Numbered from the stretch's first letter, positions 28,475 through 38,229 are shown. The stretch: DNA of 64,000 nt from a virus (IMGVR_UViG_3300023181_000027:35473-99472), one strand, 5' to 3'. A program made the numbers and translations. Notes: generated from the sequence alone by a model not told the origin.

Positions 28475-29260
28475 TTATTCGATTATGCCTTTTGATTTGG
28501 CAAGTTTTAAGTAATCCGGGAACTCACCAAGTAGACGGCCATATAGCTCTTCGTCACTTAATGTTTCCAGCTCCTTTTGTGTAAGTTCGAAGAAGTTGGC
28601 ATTGTCAATGAACCTGCCACTCATAACATCCAAACGCTTTAAGAAAGCGAAGTTATCACCTGTCGACAAGCCGATAAACTGCCAGAAAATGCCATATTTA
28701 CTGGCTTCAATGATGGCACGCTCAGCTTCTCTTTCATCAAAGTTACTTCCATCAGTGAGGAACATAACGTACGCTGGATACTTCGCTTTAGTACCAGTGA
28801 TGTTAACTTGCGTGGTTTTCTTCTTAAACAAACCTAAGAAACCCGCTTCCTCTTTCGTCTCTGTTGTAGAGCCAAAGATAGATGGGTCATTCTTATACTC
28901 GTTTGTAATCAACGTGATTGCCGGAGCATAGTTAGTACCACCAAATGAATAACGTGGGATCACGTACTTGTTGATATAACCTTCAACGTTATTGATAGTT
29001 ACAGGTTCTGGAACTTTAATACATCCATCATGGAATACATACTGTTCCATCTCACTGTTGTCATCAAACGCCATTGCGATAGGCGTAAGCCTCTCTTGTA
29101 CACGCTGTACGAAACCTCTATTATAGAGATTCCTCATACTGCCAGAAATATCACAGCAGAATTTGACCAGGGCTTTCTGGTCAATGCTTACACCTTTTTT
29201 CTTTGTCAGGTCAAGAACAACCTGTTTGCTTAAATTAAGCTTTCTTTGTAACTCGCTCAT
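28475..29260 (-). CDS. vWA-domain protein, TerY-like
   Basis: MIDAS motif KFCCDISGSMRN and a second motif VMFLTDGSNFDE, about 260 aa as in TerY. Confidence 0.6.
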   Translation of the reverse strand: MSELQRKLNLSKQVVLDLTKKKGVSIDQKALVKFCCDISGSMRNLYNRGFVQRVQERLTPIAMAFDDNSEMEQYVFHDGCIKVPEPVTINNVEGYINKYVIPRYSFGGTNYAPAITLITNEYKNDPSIFGSTTETKEEAGFLGLFKKKTTQVNITGTKAKYPAYVMFLTDGSNFDEREAERAIIEASKYGIFWQFIGLSTGDNFAFLKRLDVMSGRFIDNANFFELTQKELETLSDEELYGRLLGEFPDYLKLAKSKGIIE

Positions 29261-30081
29261 TGCGTTTGATCTAATAGTAAAAAATTCGTCTTATAAAGCT
29301 CATGATGAGCGTAGTTGTTAGCAAGACCTGCTTTCCACAGGTCTGTACGAAAACGTGGAGACATTGCACCTAACACATATCCGAACATCCCCCTTGATAG
29401 AGATAACAGATACTTAGTCAATCTTGTATTCACAATGATATCGTGAGCCAATAACTCCCAAATGGCAGAACCAACTGGTGTAATCTTAGCATGATTCAAT
29501 TGAGATTCTATTCCAGGATCACATTCGCCAGTAAGTTGGGCGTAATAAGCAAAGACTAAGCTTTTAGATAGTATGTTCAAACTGTCAAACATCTTTTCCA
29601 CTCGTCTCTCGTGTGCTCCAGTAATGTAAATGTCATCGATACAAATGACGTGCTTACCCTCAAGTAAAGCTGGTTCGACATGAAATGTCTCTCCTGTTAT
29701 ACTCTTCTCTCTAAGTTCTGCTGACATATTACCATAATCATCATGGTAAGAATGTTGCCTGCTTATTTTAAAGGTCTTTATAGTTATCCACTCTCCTAAC
29801 CTAGTAGAAGAATGTGGAAGTAACAACCTTTGTAAGAAAGCTGCAGTATACTCAGCAAGAGCAGTCGAAGCAACAGGTACTTGATTGTAAGGAGCTCCAG
29901 TGATAAACACTTCCTCTCCCTCTTTCACTGTATCCATAATGTATAAGCCCAATCTCCAGGCAAGTTCTTGAGCGAACTTTACAGTTACTGACATTTTACC
30001 ATATTTAAACTCTGAATACTGCTCCTTATTAAAGTTTACATCGTCGCTACAACTGAATTTATGAATTGCTATCCTTTGCAT
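29257..30081 (-). CDS. phosphoribosyltransferase (PRTase-fold) protein, Ter-associated type
   Basis: PRPP-binding motif HVICIDDIYITGAHE (hydrophobic-DD-hydrophobic-xTG). Confidence 0.55.
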   Translation of the reverse strand: MQRIAIHKFSCSDDVNFNKEQYSEFKYGKMSVTVKFAQELAWRLGLYIMDTVKEGEEVFITGAPYNQVPVASTALAEYTAAFLQRLLLPHSSTRLGEWITIKTFKISRQHSYHDDYGNMSAELREKSITGETFHVEPALLEGKHVICIDDIYITGAHERRVEKMFDSLNILSKSLVFAYYAQLTGECDPGIESQLNHAKITPVGSAIWELLAHDIIVNTRLTKYLLSLSRGMFGYVLGAMSPRFRTDLWKAGLANNYAHHELYKTNFLLLDQTQ

Positions 30082-30751
30082 AATCTTCCAGTTTATCCCT
30101 CAATTCACACCATGATTGAGCGTTTGTTATTTGAAATGCCTCCATACCAGCTTTACGGGCAGGTACGAGATCTGTAATAGGATCATCGCCAATATGTAGT
30201 GTCTCCTTAGCTGCATGCTTATTAAGCATAACCACATTAAAGTATATTAGTGGATCAGGTTTACACATTCCAATCTCATCCGAGAAGAAGCAGTTAATCC
30301 TGCTAGTGTCCACACCATAATTCTTCAATACCTGCAATAACACTTTACCTTTAACAAATTGCGTGTTACTGACAATTGAAAGGGCATCACTTGCTCCAGC
30401 TCTAAAGTTGTTGATGAGATCAACACATTTAGGATAGATTAAGATTGGCGGATGCTCAAGGACCAACTTGTCAAACAGTGACAGATATGCATTATCGCAC
30501 GCATCTGGACCAATTTTTAACCGATCAAGTACCAGCATATGTTTGAACTCATACGGTACTTCCCTGGCATAACGTTTTTGGAATGTATTCACTTGCCAAC
30601 TCACCTGTTTAAAAGCTAAGTCGATTTGATTGATGTCCAAAACATGATCCTCATAAACTGTTTGAATAATCTCCGCACGTGCTGCACTGTACGAAGGGTT
30701 GCTTTTAAATATGGTTCCCCATAAGTCAAAGCTTAAATGTTTGATTGCCAT
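30059..30751 (-). CDS. HAD-superfamily hydrolase/phosphatase
   Basis: HAD motif I LSFDLWGTIF (DxWGT) near the N-terminus, and a C-terminal motif IV IGDDPITD. Confidence 0.55.
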   Translation of the reverse strand: MAIKHLSFDLWGTIFKSNPSYSAARAEIIQTVYEDHVLDINQIDLAFKQVSWQVNTFQKRYAREVPYEFKHMLVLDRLKIGPDACDNAYLSLFDKLVLEHPPILIYPKCVDLINNFRAGASDALSIVSNTQFVKGKVLLQVLKNYGVDTSRINCFFSDEIGMCKPDPLIYFNVVMLNKHAAKETLHIGDDPITDLVPARKAGMEAFQITNAQSWCELRDKLEDYAKDSNS

Positions 30752-30763
30752 AACGGCTACAGC

Positions 30764-31339
30764 TTATTTAAACGCGTCAACGATTTCACGTAAGGTTCCA
30801 TCAACTGGAGTACCCATCGCATTGAATTTCCACCCACCGTCATGACGATAGAGTTCACCGGCAAATACACCGCTCGCTGTTGAAGAGTCTTCACTCAAAT
30901 CGAAACGATACAGCTCATCACCGGTTTCAGCATTAAAAATACGGATATAGGCGCGATTCACTTGACCGAAGTTCTGTCCTTTAACTGCAGCGTCATAAAT
31001 GTTGACTAAGAACACTAAACGTGCGGCTTTAGCAGCAATATCAGCTAAAGTTACAGTCACCACTTCATCATCAGCGTCTGCGCTGTTACCACCTGTAAGG
31101 TCATCACCAGAGTGTTTAATACCAGCAATCTCAAGATTGGCGAAACACACAATGGATTCAGGTTCTTCGCTGATCAGTTTGTTCTTATCGTCAATGACAA
31201 TAACCGTAGCGTCCAGATCGAAAGTTTTGCCACCAGGTGCAGCTTCATCCCATCCTAAACCAAAACCTACCACTTTTAAAGTTGAATTCTCTTTTGTTAA
31301 AGCCAGCTTCTGGCCTTTTACTAAATTTAAACTTGACAT
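30764..31339 (-). CDS. terD: TerD-domain protein
   Basis: FGLGWDE, DLDATVIVID and the acidic Ca-binding-like stretch GDDLTGGNSADADDE match the TerD/TerE/TerZ family at about 190 aa. Confidence 0.75.
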   Translation of the reverse strand: MSSLNLVKGQKLALTKENSTLKVVGFGLGWDEAAPGGKTFDLDATVIVIDDKNKLISEEPESIVCFANLEIAGIKHSGDDLTGGNSADADDEVVTVTLADIAAKAARLVFLVNIYDAAVKGQNFGQVNRAYIRIFNAETGDELYRFDLSEDSSTASGVFAGELYRHDGGWKFNAMGTPVDGTLREIVDAFK

Positions 31340-31352
31340 CTGTTAATATTTA

Positions 31353-31547
31353 TTATTTATAATTAATTATTTCGTGTAATGTTATGATAATTACGATCAA
31401 CTGCAAGCTTCCACATAAGAAGTACACTTGTTCGCTTAAATTGTAATGTTCAATAATACTGTGTAATAAAAAGAGCATAGCCAATCCAGCTATGCTCTTT
31501 AAAAGGATTTTAATCACTCTTACTCTTTTAGATCGCCCATGTTCCAA
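31353..31547 (-). CDS. small membrane protein (64 aa)
   Basis: One hydrophobic helix. Confidence 0.3.
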   Translation of the reverse strand: MEHGRSKRVRVIKILLKSIAGLAMLFLLHSIIEHYNLSEQVYFLCGSLQLIVIIITLHEIINYK

Positions 31548-32467
31548 ATTTGACCTTGACCGCTGCCACCAACATAAACCGGCACCTTACTTCCACCTTT
31601 CTCCCAGGCTTCAATCCATTGTTGTCTCAATAACATCGGTGTCAATACTGCCTGCCTCAAGTTGTTAGCTTTAGCTTCTGCGGCAGCTCTGGTAACCAGT
31701 ACAATACTATCCGCTTTAGCAACCGCTCTTCGAGTATAACCTTCAGCATCGGCAACTTTCTTACGTTGCTCTGCCACCTGAATCTCCTGAACCGCTTTTG
31801 TCTTGTTACGAATGGTTTCTATCAAATCATCTGGTGGAACCATGTTAGTCCTTAATTGACTCAGTGTAAACCATTTACCAACTTTAGTATTGATCTCTTT
31901 AAAGATCTCTATTTCAAAGGCTTGCCTTTTAGTAAAGATAGAATCGATCTTCCAACGGTTGGATACATCATTAATTGCAGTCACAACAGCTGTGTTTAAC
32001 CACTTCTTTTCAATCTCACTTAATGGTTGTTTAAGTTCAGTGTACATCTCACCAACGCTTCCAGGTTTTGCTGAGTAGTTGAATGATGGTGCAATGTCAG
32101 CAGGATAACCTCCATAAGTGGTAACAATCTGTTTTTCATAATGCACTTGTTGCTGTGTAATCGGTACTTCAACAATCCTACTTGTCCAGGTGTTGTAAAT
32201 AACAATACCACTCTTATACTCATAATTACCAACTCCACGGTCATTACCGATTCTACTAACTTTCAAGCCAACGTTCCCATTGTCAATAATCTCTAGGGTG
32301 AATGGTTGTATACCAAAGAGAATAAGTGTAACGATAAAGGCCCCCGCTGGTTTTGCAATCACGCTAGGTGTGTCTCTAGGGTCAATGTTTGTCATACCGT
32401 TAGTCACGGATCTGAATGTTAGATAGGCTGCTACAGCCGCTACTAAGATGTAAAAAATTACGATCAT
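31520..32467 (-). CDS. SPFH/band-7 (stomatin/HflKC-like) membrane protein
   Basis: N-terminal TM helix plus an Ala/Glu-rich coiled-coil tail (QVAEQRKKVADAEGYTRRAVAKADSIVLVTRAAAEAKANN), typical of the SPFH family. Confidence 0.55.
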   Translation of the reverse strand: MIVIFYILVAAVAAYLTFRSVTNGMTNIDPRDTPSVIAKPAGAFIVTLILFGIQPFTLEIIDNGNVGLKVSRIGNDRGVGNYEYKSGIVIYNTWTSRIVEVPITQQQVHYEKQIVTTYGGYPADIAPSFNYSAKPGSVGEMYTELKQPLSEIEKKWLNTAVVTAINDVSNRWKIDSIFTKRQAFEIEIFKEINTKVGKWFTLSQLRTNMVPPDDLIETIRNKTKAVQEIQVAEQRKKVADAEGYTRRAVAKADSIVLVTRAAAEAKANNLRQAVLTPMLLRQQWIEAWEKGGSKVPVYVGGSGQGQIWNMGDLKE

Positions 32468-32475
32468 CTGTTTTG

Positions 32476-32670
32476 TTAATTAAATAAATTGTTTATTACA
32501 CGTATTGCTAGCTTAGTTCCATAATACAAGGTTGCGAGGATGAGTAATATTGCACCTAGTGCATAAAACGTACCGCCTGTAGATACAACTTCTGCCAGTA
32601 TTCCAATAATCCAGATAGCCACTACAAAGATGACTACCAGATATCCAATGTTTAAAAAGTATTTCTTCAT
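32476..32670 (-). CDS. small two-helix membrane protein, possibly an NfeD-like SPFH partner
   Basis: 64 aa with two hydrophobic helices, immediately upstream of the SPFH gene. Confidence 0.35.
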   Translation of the reverse strand: MKKYFLNIGYLVVIFVVAIWIIGILAEVVSTGGTFYALGAILLILATLYYGTKLAIRVINNLFN

Positions 32671-32688
32671 GAGTTTAAATTGATTTAG

Positions 32689-32763
32689 TGGGCCAGGGGA
32701 GATTCGAACTCGCCTACCTTCGGCTTATGAGGCCGCCGCTCTAACCGAGTGAGCTACCGGCCC
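32689..32763 (-). tRNA. tRNA-Met/Ile2 (anticodon CAU), uninterrupted
   Basis: Hand fold gives acceptor GGGCCGG/CUGGCCC, D-arm GCUCACUCGGUUAGAGC, anticodon loop CUCAUAA and T-loop UUCGAAU. Confidence 0.65.
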
Positions 32764-32770
32764 TCCGAGA

Positions 32771-33376
32771 TTAAGAATTAACCATCTTAATGATGATTGC
32801 TTCTCCTTTAACGTTTGCTTTTTTTCTTTTTTTAGGGTGCAGGTGTTTAGTGATACCTTCACTCATTTGCATGATTTGCTTAACAGTCATGTTTGTCTTC
32901 ATACTATTAAACTCTTTTGTGCACGCTACCACATTATCATCAACATACCCGCGATCATTATCAACTCTATCAACAGTCCTACTAAAAGGGCCGTTAGGTG
33001 CTACTGCTTGAGAGACAAACTTTTTACCAGTATAGTGGCAGGTTTTCTTCTTAAGTAGTTGACTGACTTTCTTTAATGATAAGTTAAATTCAATGCCTCT
33101 ACTGCTTGCGGAGCTCTTTAATTGGATAAGCTTTTTAGCAACAGTATAATCATCTATTATATCACTATCGATAGTAAATGAGTTGGTCACTATAGGAGCA
33201 GAGCTAGCTAATGGCGTGTTAATACGGTTCTGTATGTGAGCTGTCATTTGGTTAGCAGTTGGTATAACACCTGTTGCAGCTAAATGATTTCTCATACACT
33301 CATTGAATAATTTATGTGATGCACTCAACTCCGAAGGAGTTAATGCCTGTATTGTAGTCTTTCCCATCTGTTTCAA
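32771..33376 (-). CDS. HNH homing endonuclease (HNH_3 type)
   Basis: C-terminal motif TVDRVDNDRGYVDDNVVACTKEFNSMK matches the HNH_3 family. Confidence 0.55.
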   Translation of the reverse strand: MKQMGKTTIQALTPSELSASHKLFNECMRNHLAATGVIPTANQMTAHIQNRINTPLASSAPIVTNSFTIDSDIIDDYTVAKKLIQLKSSASSRGIEFNLSLKKVSQLLKKKTCHYTGKKFVSQAVAPNGPFSRTVDRVDNDRGYVDDNVVACTKEFNSMKTNMTVKQIMQMSEGITKHLHPKKRKKANVKGEAIIIKMVNS

Positions 33377-33410
33377 AGTTTAGGGAGTGTCTTGTACACT
33401 CCCTAGTTAA

Positions 33411-33704
33411 TTATTGTAACTTTTTCCTCAAGGTTGTGATTTCCTTGTTGATTCTTTTAACGTCTCCCTCAGTTAAAGGAATAGTAATAGCTTTTGCTTT
33501 ATCCCATTCCTCTTGAGTGTAACCCAATTCAAAAGCTTTCATTTTATTGATGATTTTGAATTTATCACTTAAAGTCCGCTCCAGACGTGCAATAGCACCA
33601 AGTCTACGTTCTCTTACTCCACCTTGTTTGTTCTTAGGCTTTCTCTTTGCCATGGCTTCTTTGTAATTTAAAATGTTAATATTTAGGTAAGTGCTTGAAT
33701 ACAA
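33411..33704 (-). CDS. hypothetical basic protein (97 aa)
   Basis: Track ORF. Confidence 0.4.
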   Translation of the reverse strand: MYSSTYLNINILNYKEAMAKRKPKNKQGGVRERRLGAIARLERTLSDKFKIINKMKAFELGYTQEEWDKAKAITIPLTEGDVKRINKEITTLRKKLQ

Positions 33705-33829
33705 TCAAATAATCGCAAAAAGCATCAATACCAGTGATTTCGTGAGTGAATATACCTACTGGGGCAAAATATGTCAATCTCATAAGCTTGCCACGTTCAT
33801 CTACGAAGACGTCCTCGTGATAGATTTGA

Positions 33830-34201
33830 CTATTCATCGTCGTGCATTTCTTTATAAGAGTTGTAGTATTTGATCTCAGTGATAGTGTTACGGTCGAAGT
33901 TAATTTGAAACTCTTGCTTAAAGTAAGAAGAGCACTTAAACTTTGCTAATTTAAAACCCCTTGCTAAGAGTTCTTCAGCATCAGCTTCAGTGAACCACAT
34001 CTTTAAGTGATCAAGTGACCAACCAGCACATTGCCACTGCACACCATTTACATGATAGCGTGAGTGATCAGGCTCCATAGGCATTTCACTTAATCTTTTA
34101 TCAGTTAAAGTATCGACAATTCTATTTGAGCTACCATCCTCATTGTACCAGGCACCTCCGAAATGATCAGGGTGCTGAATTCTATACAGCCACATAAGCA
34201 T
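33830..34201 (-). CDS. hypothetical protein (123 aa)
   Basis: Track ORF. Confidence 0.45.
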   Translation of the reverse strand: MLMWLYRIQHPDHFGGAWYNEDGSSNRIVDTLTDKRLSEMPMEPDHSRYHVNGVQWQCAGWSLDHLKMWFTEADAEELLARGFKLAKFKCSSYFKQEFQINFDRNTITEIKYYNSYKEMHDDE

Positions 34202-34653
34202 TACTTCTGTGGGCGAGCCGCGATTGCTTTCGCCGTGATACCATCGTACACTTTATCAAGCTTGCGTACTATCCATTTACCAAAGTCCCTCAACATATCG
34301 TATATGAAGTACGATAGCATAGAGAAAGGCCAATAGAAGATCCAGCCGGTAATGATTGTTTTACTATACCAGCCTGCCGCTTTACGATCCGCATCATTCT
34401 TAACATGTAAATACCATTTATAAAAGCTCCACAACACTCCAGCGATCAAATAAGCAATACCAATAATAATTGTTATGCCAAGATTGAAATGCAACCCCTG
34501 TACAAAAGCTAAGGCAACTTTAAAGCCTACCACTGAGGCGCCGACAAATGCACCTATTAATAGAAAGCACGTTGCCCACCACGGTGAATCTGTGCCCATT
34601 GCAGCTGTCATAATTATGACCAACGCAAGTAAAAATATGATTGTAAATACCAT
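34201..34653 (-). CDS. membrane protein (150 aa)
   Basis: Three or four TM helices. Confidence 0.45.
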   Translation of the reverse strand: MVFTIIFLLALVIIMTAAMGTDSPWWATCFLLIGAFVGASVVGFKVALAFVQGLHFNLGITIIIGIAYLIAGVLWSFYKWYLHVKNDADRKAAGWYSKTIITGWIFYWPFSMLSYFIYDMLRDFGKWIVRKLDKVYDGITAKAIAARPQK

Positions 34654-34681
34654 CTGTTTATAAGTTTAAACTTTTAAATAG

Positions 34682-35209
34682 TTATCTGCGTGAACGACTG
34701 GAAGACCTGCTACTGCTAAATGAAGAAGTGCTTTTCCTGTAACTTGGAGTTGAACTTCTATATGCTGAACCGCTTGAACTTCCACTTCTATAACTAGATA
34801 GAATACTGGCTTTCTTTGTAGATGAAGTTACAACTCTGGTAGGCGTTACCACTGTCCTCCTTATAACCGTACCATCTCTTCGAGGCCCTGCTGTGTAAGA
34901 GCTCTTTGCTGGTGAGACACTTGTCCTGCGTGGAGTTGCGTAGCGCGCATAATTTGCTTTACTGTATGGCCGATAATACTGACTATTGTTACGGTTAGTA
35001 TGATAGTGATTTCTCACCGCTGTAATACCGCCCTGATTCATCATTTGATTGTATAACAAGGCAGTCATTAAAAACTGTGTCCCGTTATCATCAGTTACTG
35101 TAACCATACGAGGTTCTTCAACGTACTGTACACGTTGGACTGGTTGTTGTGAGCAAGCTGTAATTACAGCGCCTAAGCCTATCATTAAGGCAATTTTCAA
35201 TCTGTTCAT
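34682..35209 (-). CDS. lipoprotein with a Ser/Arg-rich low-complexity C-terminal tail
   Basis: Signal peptide with lipobox ITAC. The tail reads SSSGSAYRSSTPSYRKSTSSFSSSRSSSRSRR. Confidence 0.45.
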   Translation of the reverse strand: MNRLKIALMIGLGAVITACSQQPVQRVQYVEEPRMVTVTDDNGTQFLMTALLYNQMMNQGGITAVRNHYHTNRNNSQYYRPYSKANYARYATPRRTSVSPAKSSYTAGPRRDGTVIRRTVVTPTRVVTSSTKKASILSSYRSGSSSGSAYRSSTPSYRKSTSSFSSSRSSSRSRR

Positions 35210-36669
35210 TATATTACTTTTAATAGTTTACCAATTAACAATTTGGATGGTTTCTTAAGGTCTTTAAGCTCCTGTATCCACTCTTCATACACTTTATGTA
35301 TAGCCTGGCCATACGTTATATCAGTATATTGTTTTGGTATAGGTTCTACAGCAACAGTTGCTTTACCTGGGTAGTCTGTCAAACCTTTAGCGCTTGACAA
35401 AAACGTATCTCTCAGTTGTAGCCAGTCTATACCTTCCTGAGACCTAAAATCATCTATTGTGATTGTTTTGTACGAACCTATACCAGGGACAGTATTCTCG
35501 AACTTACCTTTCATACGTTCGGCTAACATTTCATCAGCCAGTTTATTGAAATCTACACCTGTAGTTGATTCCAAGTCTTTAACTAAACCTGCGAGCATTG
35601 GTCTATCTTTAAATCTCTCATCTATTCGGGCTTGATATAAGCCCGATCTAGCCGCTAGAAACTCCGATTTACTGAGTTTCTGCGCGTCAGAGATATCCTT
35701 GATTAGATCACCATAAACTTTACCTGGAGTTCCCACCTTAACACTGCCATTACTAAAGATTGTAGTTCTTTCACTTGCTGGCGTACCATTACTACCATCT
35801 GTTGTAAATATAGTGATCATTGGCTCACCCTTGCCATTTGATGTCTCAACGTCGAATAGAACTTCCTTTTCACTAGGAAGTTCATTGGGTACGAAATGAA
35901 AAGTGACGCTCTGTTTTAAAATACTAACAACGGTGTTCCTAACTAATGTGCGGTCACCACCATAAATAACCCAACCAATATTCACTCCATTATAACTAAC
36001 TCTACCTGTACAGTAGTTACTATTGGCACCTCTTGCACCACTCCATCTAATATCACCATTGGTCTGTAATCGATCAATATGTCGATCCATTAAACCAATC
36101 TCAAACCAATCGCCAGTAGTGCCAATTTCAGGGTACTTCTCAATTAGTAAATCAAGGTAATACTCACGCGGATCAAAGAATACCATTGACCAATACAATT
36201 GACCAGCCTCTTTTAACTTAATCTTTTTCAGATCGTAAGTGTTGTCCTTATGATACACTTGAGAAGAACTGTTCCAATTAGGATTTGCTCGTTCAAGTCG
36301 ACCACATATTGAATTGTTATGCCGAATAGTACCTTCTATAGTAGGACCCTGAACAATCCACTTTAAGGCACCGCTACGTTCAAGTGCTGTAATTTCATCT
36401 TTGAAATCTATACTGGGTTTATACTGTGCACCCACCATACTTATACCGCGCTCTTGACACACGCGAGCAATCATACTGCGTTTTTCCCGATCTTCCTTCA
36501 CCAGTAAGAAATAATACCAGATATTAAATAAGTGCTGAGGATCCATATCTTCAAGATATTGGACTTTACCATCGTAGCTCTTCCAAGCTGTTTTCTTTTG
36601 TGGCATCTCTAATATTTTAAAATAAATGTAATTGTCTGCTTTCATACTCTCCGAACCAAGTGTAGACAA
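35209..36669 (-). CDS. hypothetical protein (486 aa). The true start may be an internal ATG at 36645 or 36606
   Basis: Long track ORF with a Gly/Thr/Ser-rich middle region. No motif recognised. Confidence 0.5.
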   Translation of the reverse strand: MSTLGSESMKADNYIYFKILEMPQKKTAWKSYDGKVQYLEDMDPQHLFNIWYYFLLVKEDREKRSMIARVCQERGISMVGAQYKPSIDFKDEITALERSGALKWIVQGPTIEGTIRHNNSICGRLERANPNWNSSSQVYHKDNTYDLKKIKLKEAGQLYWSMVFFDPREYYLDLLIEKYPEIGTTGDWFEIGLMDRHIDRLQTNGDIRWSGARGANSNYCTGRVSYNGVNIGWVIYGGDRTLVRNTVVSILKQSVTFHFVPNELPSEKEVLFDVETSNGKGEPMITIFTTDGSNGTPASERTTIFSNGSVKVGTPGKVYGDLIKDISDAQKLSKSEFLAARSGLYQARIDERFKDRPMLAGLVKDLESTTGVDFNKLADEMLAERMKGKFENTVPGIGSYKTITIDDFRSQEGIDWLQLRDTFLSSAKGLTDYPGKATVAVEPIPKQYTDITYGQAIHKVYEEWIQELKDLKKPSKLLIGKLLKVI

Positions 36670-37020
36670 TGGCTAAAGCAAAGACAAAGACTACACTACC
36701 GACCAAGACAAAGCCTAAGGCAAAGTCATTTTTACACGCTTAGTTCTCCTTCAAAGGGAGATACGTGAGTGGTGTAGCGCATAACTGGCTTCTCTACGGG
36801 CTCTGCCGTATAGAAATATCCACAGTCTGGAAGCTACTAGGTTTTTGTTTGTTTGGTAGTGTACGGAGTTTTTTCTTATCAGATTAAGATTCTGTTGCTA
36901 TATAAAGCTATAATTCGTCCTTACGAAGTTGTATAATATAACCGCACGCTCACACTCTTTCAAGTGTGAAACGGTTGGTCATATATAAGATTGGACGAAG
37001 AGTACAGATAAAGATAGAGT

Positions 37021-37040
37021 TACCCACTCATCGGTGGGTA
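37021..37040 (-). terminator. hairpin (7-bp stem UACCCAC/GUGGGUA) downstream of gene 37069..38055, with no U-tract
   Basis: Perfect inverted repeat about 30 nt past the stop codon, inside a 400-nt ORF-free spacer. Confidence 0.25.
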
Positions 37041-37068
37041 AGCATCTATCAAGCAGACATTACATTCA

Positions 37069-38055
37069 TTATTTTTTTACCTGTCTTAATTCGTTGATTT
37101 CCTTCAACCAAGGCTCAACTGCTGCTGGAATAGCAATACGGAGCTGAGAGACATACTTTGTTAAAGCCAATCTCCTTTTCTCGTACTCTTGATTCCATTG
37201 ATCGCGAGACTGGGCAATCACTTTAAGAGCGTTATCGTAAATCACTTTAGCGCTCATATAAGTGGCGTGATTGTCTTGACTCTCTTTTTGCATCAAACCT
37301 CTGATCTCAGTATTTTTAGTATTGAGATCGTTCTTGATTTGAGCTTTTAAATAGTTCAAGCGTTGCTCATACCCGCGGTGTTTCTCTTGCAGTTCAAAAT
37401 AAGCGTTGTCCACTTCTTCATTAGTGTACACAGCACTGTTTGTAATTACAAAAGTTTTGACACCTTTACCATCAGGTAGCTCTTTCAGCTCATTAGGAGA
37501 CATACGAGCGAGTTTCTCCCTTAAGATGGACAATGGTCTACCTTTGTGGATTTTCTGTCCTACACCGGCTGCTAATGACTGTAGCGTGTAATACTCGCAA
37601 CGATCTTGAATTGACCATTCTGCAATAATATCATCTTCAGTGAGTAACTTATGCTTATTACTCGCCAGACTTGGCATTTGCGGTTGCTCAAAGTGAGTAA
37701 CATTATCATCGTCTAAAGCAAATACGTTACTATCAACTCTACCGATGATCTTTAACGCTTCATCCTTGGCTTTAATGCCCTCACGGAGCCAGGCTGTTAT
37801 CGCATTATACTGGCCTTCATAGAGAGAACTTGCAACTAAATCAATCTTCTCATAGTTGGTCATTTGAACACTCTCACCATCAATCTTCAAAGATTGATTG
37901 TAAGGTCCTGTAGTGTTCCATATACCATCCTTACCCTTAAGAAGTTCAGTTACAAGGTTTGTTACGTGATTAGCCTCTGATTGTGTTAGGCCCTTCTCCG
38001 AAAGAAATACATGGTGCTTCTTAGGGATGATTTTGTCGAATAAGTGTTGATTCAT
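37069..38055 (-). CDS. hypothetical protein (328 aa)
   Basis: Track ORF with a coiled-coil-like C-terminal third. Confidence 0.5.
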   Translation of the reverse strand: MNQHLFDKIIPKKHHVFLSEKGLTQSEANHVTNLVTELLKGKDGIWNTTGPYNQSLKIDGESVQMTNYEKIDLVASSLYEGQYNAITAWLREGIKAKDEALKIIGRVDSNVFALDDDNVTHFEQPQMPSLASNKHKLLTEDDIIAEWSIQDRCEYYTLQSLAAGVGQKIHKGRPLSILREKLARMSPNELKELPDGKGVKTFVITNSAVYTNEEVDNAYFELQEKHRGYEQRLNYLKAQIKNDLNTKNTEIRGLMQKESQDNHATYMSAKVIYDNALKVIAQSRDQWNQEYEKRRLALTKYVSQLRIAIPAAVEPWLKEINELRQVKK

Positions 38056-38101
38056 GTTTTTGTTTTTTAAATAGTTTAAGAATGCATCAATGTTTTAATT
38101 G

Positions 38102-38229
38102 TGGCGGAAGCAGGGTACGATCCTGCAATCCCTTCGTCAGCGCTAACTCCGGGATGCTCAGTTTAGATTCTGAGTGTGTACACCTCCTAGCTTATAACTA
38201 GGCGCCTTTAGAGCTACCACCTTTCCGCC
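38102..38229 (-). ncRNA. tRNA-like RNA, about 128 nt (acceptor stem and T-arm recognisable, extra internal hairpins)
   Basis: 5' GGCGGAA pairs with 3' UUCCGCC-A. T-arm is GCAGG-AUCGUAC-CCUGC. The internal hairpins are CCUAG-UUAUAAG-CUAGG and CUCAG...CUGAG. No ORF in this region. Confidence 0.4.

Noticed and set aside
36669-36743. 24-aa Lys-rich plus-strand peptide (MAKAKTKTTLPTKTKPKAKSFLHA) in the 400-nt spacer
   Set aside because: Too short, low-complexity and antisense to the flanking transcription direction. It more likely reflects an A/G-rich regulatory spacer.
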